Notes under the pieces: model-generated
Seen by the model: only the letters and a program-made list of their open reading frames with translations
What the model was told of the DNA's origin: nothing
The model's database searches: none
Origin: Felis catus
Taxonomy: Eukaryota
Direction: 5' to 3'
Assembly (NCBI RefSeq): GCF_018350175.1
Contig: NC_058368.1
Coordinates: 210,678,001 to 210,738,000, forward strand
Length of the DNA: 60,000 nt
Made by a program: the position numbers and the translations under genes
In this document: positions 50,511 through 60,000 of the stretch, piece by piece
Layout of the letters: the number at the start of each line of letters is the position of its first letter
Position numbering within the stretch: the stretch's first letter is position 1

Positions 50511-51808
50511 AATGAAAAAAATCTTTGCAAGATCCCAGGTCTGCCATTGATGTAAAAAAACTAACACTATTTACTATGCACTGAGGTCTTTCTACGTGTG
50601 TTAGAGTATCAGAATATGTCACTGTACTTATACCAACTCATTTAATGCCTCGCAACAATCTGAGGTACTATTATTGTCTTCATTTTGCAGATGAGTCACA
50701 GAGAGGTTGTTTTCCTAATGTCACACAGTGAGTAAGTGGTAGATCCAAGACATGAGCCTGTGGTGCTGGGTAATACACAACTGTATTTCAGGTCTCAGTT
50801 ACTTTGTCTGAAACTTACTTTTTGGATGTGCAATATAGAATAAATTAGTTTATGTATATAAAGCACTTAGCATAGTATTTAGCATACAATAATTCCTCAG
50901 TTAATAAAAACTAATATAATCTTATAAGAATATAATATTCATAGCAATAAAATCTGTTTAATAAAATATACCATTAATGAAATATGTACAGTCAATTAAA
51001 ATGTGACAGTTTTCATACTAATAATTTATTGAACATTAGTCTGTGTTGGGCGTTGTGTTAAGTGCTTCACATTGATTACTCTGCTAATTCCAACAATAAC
51101 CAGGAAGTAAATTCCGGTGAGTAAATGGATGCCCAGAGAGGTTAAGTCACTTGGCTCTGGCTTCAATGTGGTAGAGTCAGGAATCTTAATGCAATCGGTT
51201 TGATTCCAATGCCCCCAGTAGGTTTTATTTCTATGATACTATGTCACTGAAACAATTAACATATTGGTTTGTTACCTCCAGGGAACTGCATATAAAATGA
51301 AAATATCACAGCCATTTTTGAAGCCATATTCTAAGTATTAGAACAATGCACCATTATTTTGGAGCTGATCTTGGTATCTCCATGGTCTTTCCACAGATAC
51401 TCTGTCAGACATTCAGTGAGTATTGGCTTGTGTCTACCAAGCATTTGTACATTTATGAGAGCTAGAAGAGTTCCCTTTTTCTCCTGCCTCACTGTGAAGA
51501 CTTGGCAAGTACTAGTGTCTGTGTGGCTCAGATTTCTGATGGCAGAGTGAGGACAATGCAATAGGAGAACCTCTCCAATAACTTCTCAGAATTGGAATGA
51601 AACAAGCCAAGAACAAAGACATTTACCAAGCATAGAGATGGTCTGGGCTACCCAGAGGCATGGCTGGTTTTCACGTGTTGTTTGGAAAGAATTAGGGAAT
51701 TATTAAATATCCCTTAATAATCATAGGTGTGTTGTATTTAAGAAAAACTCATGGCTATTGTGAAGGTTATACAGACAAAAATCATTAAAAATGAACACTT
51801 TTACAAAA

Positions 51809-52630
51809 TTGTTATGAATTTGACTCTGATACGCCTTGGCGATGGCCAACTTTTGTTGAATTTAATGGGAGTTCTTTGTACTTCTTGCATTTTGATGTCT
51901 GTGTCGTTCCTCAGATTAGGTAAGTTTTCAGCTATAATTTGCTCAAATAAACCTTCTGCCCATTTTCTCTCTTCATCTTCTGGGACTCTTATACGAGTGT
52001 TATTCTGTTTTAAGAAGTCACTGAGTTCCCTAAGTCTACCTTTCTTTTCAGCTTCGCTATTTTCCATAATTTTATCCTCTGTATCACTAAGTTGTTCCTC
52101 TCTTTGTCCATCCTCAGTCTTGGCATCCATCCATTCACGTTTCCATCTCAGTTATAGCATTTTTAATTTGGGCCCAACTAGATTTTAACTCTTTCATCTC
52201 TGAAGAAAGGGATTCTCTAGCGTCTTCTATGCTTTTTTTTCAAGCCCAGATAGAATTCTTATAATTGTTTTAAATTCTAGTTCAGACACCTTACTTATAT
52301 CTGTATTGATTAAATCTCTGGCTGTCATTTCTTCCTGTTCTTTCTTTTGGGGTGAATTCCTCTGTCTTGTCATTTCGGAGGAAAAAATAATAAAAATTAA
52401 TAAATTACAAAAATAAAGGAAACCAGGTCCTTTGGTCGGTTTTGGTTATGTTTTAGTCTGCTTGTTAAGAGAAGCTGCCATGCTCTCTCCTTCGAATTAT
52501 GAAGATTGTTCTCTTAATCCTCAGATTGATATCCGAGGTGTTCAAAATGATTTGATGTTGATCTGGCTGTGCTTGAGGGCTGAGACAACCCCAGGGTTCC
52601 CCTACTACTCTGCCATCCTAGCTCCTCCTC
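51809..52630 (-). mobile_element. Short L1 derivative: intact 5' terminus, short 5'UTR and partial ORF1, no ORF2 or A-tail
   Basis: Minus strand begins ggaggaggagctaggatggc; ORF1 ATG at 52373; ORF1 peptide LFEQIIAENLPNL..QEVQRTP; flanked by the direct repeat cttttacaaaa. Confidence 0.85.
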
Positions 52631-53949
52631 CTTTTACAAAAGTTTTAAAGGTTTTTGTCGGGTCAAAAGACCAAATTCAACTTATATGGTGCTTATTAGA
52701 GTCTCACATAAAACAAAATGACACAAAAAGGTGCAAAGTCAAAACTTAGATGAGACAAATACAAATAAGAAATAAAACAAGGTTCACAGTATTGTTATCG
52801 GATACAGTAGAATTCAGTACAAAAGTAGTTGTTTGGGGGCAACGATGGTTATTTTACACTATAGAGAGTGTAGGAGACCATGAAGAGATAAGTTATCATG
52901 TTTCTTCACATCAAATATCACTATGTCAGAGAAACCCTTTAATGAACGGTTCATGGTGTGGGGAGTCTGGCAGCGTGGGTTCAGATTCCACCTGTGAGGC
53001 TTACTATCTCTTTACCATATTTCTTCATCCATAAAATGTGACTATTACTCGTTCCCACCCCAGAGGGTTGTCCTGAGGGTGAAACAAGACAGTGCCAGCA
53101 CATACACATGTTCAGTTTACTGATTACTGGCGCTACATTAAAACCTATAGAGCAAAAGATATAGCAAGGAAAATGGATAGAAACGTAACCATGACAGGGG
53201 TTTTTAACCCACTTTCATTCGTTTTTGCAAGATTATGTAGGTACAAAAATGTTAAAAAAAAAAAAAAGAATACAGTAATTGTTTCAATCAGAATACTTAT
53301 GATGCTTTAAAAAAATGAAAGTAATATAAGGGCCCATCCTAAACCTGACTTAGGACATAGGGTCTGAAGCAAAGGCGGGATTATTTTTCTAAACTTTACA
53401 AGTTTCTCTACAATATACTACTGCTAAGAATCCACTGCTAAAAAGCATTCTAATGACATTAGGAATGTTAACTGGGCCAAAACTTTGAGTCTTCTAAATA
53501 GAGACTATATGTTGTTTTCTAGTGCCCATGAAATATAAACAGAAATTTTTCACATTTCAGACAACTGAAAAATTATGACAAATTTGAAATATTTTTAAAA
53601 TTAATTAAAATCAAAATTCTATAAAATTAATTAAAATCAAAATTCTAAATACCTAAGTCTCTGATCACAATGAAACAGAATTGAAGCAGGGGACAAAGTT
53701 TAAAGTAATAACAACATTTGTCACCTGGAAATGAAACAAAGCACTTTTAAGAATAATTATGTGGCCAATGAAAATATCAATACTGCAATTAGACACTATT
53801 TGGTAATTAATTATATTTGAAAATACGTAGTTAAAAACTGTGGGTTCTATCCAAAGCCCTACTAAAGGGAAAGTTTTATTTTTCTTCCTTGACTTTTTAT
53901 CAAAATCTTCTCTACTTTATCGCTTGAATTGATACTTTGTTTAATATTA

Positions 53950-54164
53950 AAAAAAAATTTTTTTAACTTTTATTTATTTTTGAGACAGAGAGAGACACAG
54001 CATGAACGGGGGAGAGGCAGAGAGAGAGGGAGACACAGAATCTGAAACAGGCTCCAGGCTCTGAGCGGTCAGCACAGAGCCCGACGCGGGGCTCGAACTC
54101 ACGGACCGTGAGATCATGACCTGAGCCGTCGGACGCCCAACCGACCGAGCCACCCAGGTGCCCC
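53950..54164 (-). mobile_element. CAN-SINE (young, CpG-rich)
   Basis: Reverse-complement consensus; TSD gtttaatatt on both flanks. Confidence 0.93.
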
Positions 54165-55064
54165 AAGTTTAATATTTTTAAACCTCCTATATTGTCAATT
54201 TCAGGTTTATTCTTATTAATTCCTTTCTTTTTCTCAGGTTTACTTTCTAGCTTATTTTTGAAGTTATATTCATTTCTATTCTTTCATGTCTAATAGTAAG
54301 TCAAGAAAAAAAAAGGGGGGGACATATCCACCATACAAAACCAAATAGATAGATAACCACATACTTAGAAATCCACATATACATAAATGTATCATATACA
54401 ACGTGTGTGTGATATATTTGAGAGTCTTATCAGATCAATTGATTAACTTTTTGAAAAAGATAAAATGAGATCTGTATTCAAATAATATATAATTTAAATA
54501 TTTAAAAGTAAAACATAAAACTGTAAAAGTATTAAGAGTGGAACATTTGTATATAATTTTGGAGTGGAGAAGTATTTAATTTACCACAAGGAGAAGCTAC
54601 AATGAAACATTCTCCATATTTATCCATATAAACATTAAAAGCTTTCTGCATATTAAAACTCACCTCAAATAATATAAGGCAAACATGAACCTGGGAATAT
54701 ATTTGTAACATATGACCAACAGATGGTTTATCTCCAAATATAAAAAAAGGTTTTAGAGAACAATAAGAAAAAGAGCACACCCCAACAGAAAAATGGGCAG
54801 AAATCATAAATAGGCTTCAGCAGGAAGGAAAAATAAATGACCATTAAACTCAGGAAAAAATGGTCAACTTCAATTGTAAAAACTGAAATGCAAATTACAG
54901 AAGATACCCATAGTTTTAATATCCATTAAGTTGGCAAAGATTAACAAAAATGATAAAACCCAATATTTGCTGGCATCCTCATATTCGGTAGCTTGGAGTG
55001 AAATTTGCAAGTTTTTAATGTGTCAATTTTTTATAATTTGCAATTTAAAAAAATTTCAGATTTT

Positions 55065-55296
55065 ATTTTTTTTTTAAAGATTTTTTTTTTTTCAATGTTT
55101 ATTTATTTTTGGGACAGAGAGAGACAGAGCATGAATGGGGGAGGGGCAGAGAGAGAGGGAGACACAGAATCGGAAACAGGCTCTAGGCTCTGAGCCATCA
55201 GCCCAGAGCCTGACACGGGGCTCGAACTCACGGACTGCGAGATCGTGACCTGGCTGAAGCCGGACGCTTAACCGACTGCGCCACCCAGGCGCCCCC
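55065..55296 (-). mobile_element. CAN-SINE (young cat subfamily-like)
   Basis: Reverse-complement consensus; TSD aaaaaatttcagatttta on both flanks. Confidence 0.94.
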
Positions 55297-56039
55297 CAAA
55301 AAATTTCAGATTTTAAGTGTGTTTTAAAAGTAAGCACAATTTTAGATTCAGCAATTTCACTTTTTTAGAAAATTTCCCAAGGAAATAATTGAGGATGTGG
55401 TAAATATTTTGCTGGATGAAATTTTACTGTATAATTTTCTATAATAAAAAGTTAATGTTAAACAAATACTTGTTAATGAAATGGTTAAATTATGATATAG
55501 TTCATTAATGAAATATCTCTTAGATGTAAGAATGATGAGGTAGATAAATTTTTATTGAGAAAGAAAATGTGTTCTATTGTTGGATAAGAATACTACAAAG
55601 CAATATGTCCATTGCAGTCACTTTTTTTGCAAAGACAATTGTACCAAGGTAGTAACAATGGTTAACTACTGGCAATGGGATTATGGATTTGTCATTTTAA
55701 AATTTGCTTCTTTTTAACATCTAAAGTATCTGCAATAAGCATATGGTACTTCTGGAACTAGAAAAAAATCCATCCCACTTAAGGTACTGAAAATTTAAAA
55801 GCCGCCTCATTCTACCAACAATCAATTGGCTGATATGGAAAAGAAGTACACAGGAGGGCTGGCATTAGGATTAGGTAGGAATAGATAGAAAAAACAGATA
55901 TGTTTTAGGATTTATATACCTATTAATTATTGCTTAAGGAATGTCTAAGAAAAGGTAAAATACTTTGGTTTTACTAGGACATTTGTTAATTCAGTACCTT
56001 TTGGGTTAAACTCTCCAGCACCCTGGTCATCCAAATCAC

Positions 56040-56705
56040 TATAATGCCTTCATTTAATTTCAATCGATAGCTTCCCAATTGGTTTCCCACTTAGTCTCCC
56101 TGCTGCTTTTACTCCACTAAAGAAAAGAGCCTTTTAAAATCCAGAAGCCAAGGCTTCAGTTCTCATTCAGATAAATATCAGTATCCTAATAATGACCTCC
56201 AAGGCCTTAGGTAATCTGGTCCCTTATGATCTCCCTCACCTCATCACCACCCATTCTGGCCTGCTCACTCTGTTCTTCCAGCCACATCAGTCTCCTTACT
56301 GTTTCAAACACACCACACATCCTCCCCCTTCAGTGCCTTTGACTTTACTCTCCTCTCTGCCTGATACACTCTTTCCCCAAATATCTACATGGCTCACTCA
56401 ATCACTCCTGTCCTGAGTTTGTCAAATGTCACCTTCCCAGTGGGCCTTTCCACAACTACCATAGACAAAATAGTACATCAGCAATCCTTTCCTTGCCCTG
56501 CTTTTTTATTCTTCACAAAGCTCTGTCAATGACATATTCACTGTATATTCTATATGCTCACCTGTTTATTGCTTATTCTCTGTCTTTGGCTACCAGAACA
56601 TAAATATCATGAGGTCATAGATTTTTTGTTCACTGTTGTGTCCCCAGACCCTTGAACTGTGCTGGGACCATGACAGATGTTCAAAAAATATAGAGAAGAT
56701 GAATG
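56040..56705. mobile_element. L2 LINE 3' remnant
   Basis: L2-like motifs (aaatgtcaccttcccagtgggcctttcc, tgttcactgttgtgtcccca..gatgttcaaaaaata..gatgaatg). Confidence 0.6.
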
Positions 56706-57443
56706 GCTTGTGGGGTAGACATTGGCACTTTTTTTTGTTGTACAAGTAAATATTAAGATTATAATCAGATCTGACTACTAGCAACCTGTACTTAAGGTAG
56801 TGGCAAGGGAAAGAATTCCTCTGACAGGATAAGGGTCTCTGTAAATTTATACAGGAAAGACAAAAGGCAAGATATTGACATCAAGCTTCCTGAACCTCAG
56901 AAGTCCTTTTCTAAACCATTAGGGTAACATATTCCATGTATGAACTTATGAAAATCAGCCTATCAAGTGCCAGGTACTGGGCTTGATGGAGATACAACAA
57001 TGTATAAGATTTGGCACTCTCCCTCAAAGGACCTATTCAATATTGGCAGCCCTTTAGGTTTTCCATGAAGTTCCCTCATTCCCCTTCTTTCTGACATCAT
57101 CCAACCCTATGACTGCAATCAAGGTAGGCATGTGCTTAATAACAGGCATCAACATAGTTACAACGCCCAACAAAGGGGTTAGGAGTCTACAAAACAGATG
57201 CCAAGAATGCTCTGGCTCTGCTGAACTTGGCTCCTCTTTCTGGAAGTGTTGGCCACAATATTCTTACTCTGAATTCAAGTCCAGAAGAGTCATTGCCCAA
57301 GAAAGTTTCCAGGTTAAGTGTTCAAATCACTTCCCACCTCATCCTCATACCTAACGAAAGTAAGAAGGGAATGGGCTAGAGTTCTGCAGCACAATAGTTG
57401 AGCGTGTAGAGACCCTGGTGCAATAAGTCACAGATTTCCTTAC

Positions 57444-57582
57444 ATTTACTCTTTGGTGTAGTTCGGCCTTTGTTTCCTCATCATCCCACAGGTCATCAGG
57501 AAGACAGTTGTAATCAGCCTGCCACTGAGATACAAAGTTTTGCTTGTGATCTGGACGCTTTAGAAACTGCTGGAAATTTGTT
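57444..57582 (-). CDS. SPEF2: SPEF2 coding exon (about exon 23): (R)TNFQQFLKRPDHKQNFVSQWQADYNCLPDDLWDDEETKAELHQRVN
   Basis: Translation matches my recollection of mammalian SPEF2. Acceptor ttacag|a, donor aat|gtaagg; 139 nt, ends in phase 0, compatible with the next exon. Confidence 0.93.
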
Positions 57583-59511
57583 CTGTAAGGCATTAAGAGA
57601 ATGAGATGGATCTTACACGACATGCCTCTAGACTATAAAATTCTAACTTTGGAAACTTTACTTACCTAACCTCATACAAGTAAGTAAGCACAACATGCTG
57701 CCCTTCTCTCAGATGCCTGAGAACTGTTTTGATGGAGTCTATATAGGAATTTTCTATTAGTTTCCAGTAAGGTACTAGAAATGAAGGCATTTCCTGTTAA
57801 ATGGTAAAGCATAAAAATAATCATTTCAAAGTGAAAATACTTCTGAATAATTGAGCCAAAAGAGCAATACTGAGCAAAAGGACCAAGATGCGGCTGCAAT
57901 TATCTAAAGCATTCTCTGTGAAACTTCTTGCTGCTCCTCTCCTCCCCTCCCCCAGTTAATTCCTATTCCAAATACATTCTTTGTGTCTCAGTTCAGACAT
58001 AATGTCTTCCAGAAATCCTTCCGTGATCCAAAAGGTCTAGAAGGTCATCTTCTGAAGTTCTGGAGTTCTATTTTAGCACCTTGTACTTCTCCCCTCATAG
58101 TAGTGATGACATTAATGGCAACTGCTTATTCATGTGTCCATATTCACCTCTAGAATATCAGTCTCATAAAGCCAAGAACAATGGTTATTTTATCCACCTC
58201 TCTTTAGTTTTTCCTGTTAGTACCACAGTGTCTGGAACACAGAAGGTGCTTGAGAAATATTTACTGTATGAATAAATAGATGCCATATTTTGCCTACGTT
58301 GGAAAACTGCCTATCGTGGAGAATATCTATCTAGTGTTTGTGTCAGGGCAATGAGTCATTTCTCTGAATTCACCCAAGTGGTATTATCTTTGCTGTGTGC
58401 ACCATGAAAAATTAGAAAGTTTCTTTATGTTATCTTTAATGAAACAAGTAAACAATCAAAACCAAGAAATAATCAAAATGAAATAAAATTGAAGACATAA
58501 TATATTCAATATAAATTCTGTGTACTAATTATTCATTTATTGGCTGTGCATTTATTTAATCAGGGAATTACACATGAGGACCTGAGAGATCATTTGGCTA
58601 ATCTTCCCAACTGAGAAATGCCAAATACTAGATGTAAAGTATCCAATCTCTCTGTGGACCTCACTGATACATTAAGCAGGACATTTCAGGGCAAGCCTTT
58701 CAGTGTCACACATCTCATGTTACTGGAAAATTCTCCCTGTGTTGATCAGAAACTTGCCTTCTTGTAGTTTCCACTTACCAGCCCTACCTGTGCCCTTTAG
58801 AGAAGGGCAGACTAAATTCACACAGTCTTCCCTGTGACAGGCTGTCAGATATTTGAGGACATTAGTGAGGGTAGGTAGTATGGGATTCAAGATGAAACTT
58901 GATTGTTTTTGTAGTCCCAGCCTCTAGTATGGCATTTTCTCATAACAGGCCCTCAATAAATTTTACTATGGATGTAATCAGACTTAACCTGAACTCAGTT
59001 TTATCGTTAAATTTTTAGGAGACTGGATGTTTCCATCTGGTTCTAAAAGTCTATGATTCAATGTCCAGTAACATTTGAAGTATTCATTTATCTAACTTAA
59101 ACATTTACAGTTCCTTTAACGTTCCTCTGACATTATTTTAACATCTTTTTCTTTCCTGGTTCTCCCCTCTGGTTTCTACTCTTTCATGATCTCTCTCTCA
59201 AAGGATGAGGTATCCAGAATGGTAATAAAGAACATTTTAAATAAGCCTACTACTAAACCTCCCTCCTAGTTGACTTTAATATATTAATTCACACTCTGTG
59301 CATGGAGAGTTACCTAACTGAAGTATCACCCTGCACACAGATTATCATTTATTCATAAGAACTTTATGAGATATTGTCAAATACTATTTTGAACTCAAGA
59401 TATACCGTGTTAATGGTGTTTCCCTGATCCATCTATGCAACCTTGCTCTCAAGGGAAAGGAATGGACCAGTTCATCAGGACTTAGCCTTAGTAAAACTGT
59501 GTGGGCTCTGG

Positions 59512-59719
59512 GTTTAGTTATTTTTCAAAGAGAGAGAGAGACAGAGTGCAAGCAAGAGAGGGGCAGAGAGAGGGAGACACAGAATCTGAAGCAGGCTCCA
59601 GGCTCCAAACTGTCAGCACAGAGCCCGACGCGGGGCTTGAACTCACAAAACCGTGAGATCATGACCTGAGCTGAAACCAAGAGTTGGACACTTAACTAAC
59701 TTAGCCACCCTGGTGCCCC
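59512..59719 (-). mobile_element. CAN-SINE
   Basis: Reverse-complement consensus body ending in gccaccctggtgcccc. Confidence 0.9.
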
Positions 59720-60000
59720 TGGGTGATCATTTTTGTAGTTTATACATGCTCAGAAGTCATGCTTTTAATAATTTTCTCTCAAATTTGGTCAGGGCTTACT
59801 GTATAGAGTATTTGTCTATGTGTTACTAAATCTCATCAGCCCTTTATTAAATATTTAGGTATTTGCCTACATCTGGTCTTCTGGAATCTCCCATATCCTC
59901 TGTGATTTCTATGGGTTACTGATAATATCATGTCTGTAGGTTCCTCCAGTCTCTGGGATATAATTTTCCTGGGTCTGGGGACTTGAACTTATATGATGTG

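Larger units (their letters stand above)
52660..55740 (+). mobile_element. Ancient fragmented L1 (L1M-type) remnant interrupted by SINEs and a MIR
   Basis: Degenerate endonuclease and ORF2 3' motifs (caacttatatggtgctta..gagtctcaca, tctctgatcacaatg, aaaaatgggcag, ttggcaaagattaa). Confidence 0.55.

Overview
Mammalian, cat-like (felid) genomic DNA, judged from carnivore CAN-SINEs and cat-type L1s. The window lies inside SPEF2 (sperm flagellar 2/KPL2) on the minus strand. Ten coding exons (about exons 23-32 by my numbering) join in frame through canonical GT-AG sites. The main observation is inside the 19-kb SPEF2 intron 9053..28296. It holds a complete, uninterrupted, five-exon hAT-transposase-derived gene (ZNF862/DUF4371-like, 682 aa from Met, minus strand, 17403..19869). 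Its first exon is preceded by AG acceptors that are in frame with the upstream SPEF2 exon. This predicts an alternatively spliced SPEF2-transposase fusion protein, an architecture like CSB-PGBD3. The first catalytic Asp appears to be replaced by Gly. The same intron also carries a full-length, TSD-flanked but decayed L1 and a 0.8-kb AT-only tandem repeat. The rest is ordinary intronic repeat content: a second L1, SINEs, MIR, L2, an hAT MITE, a possible LTR and microsatellites.
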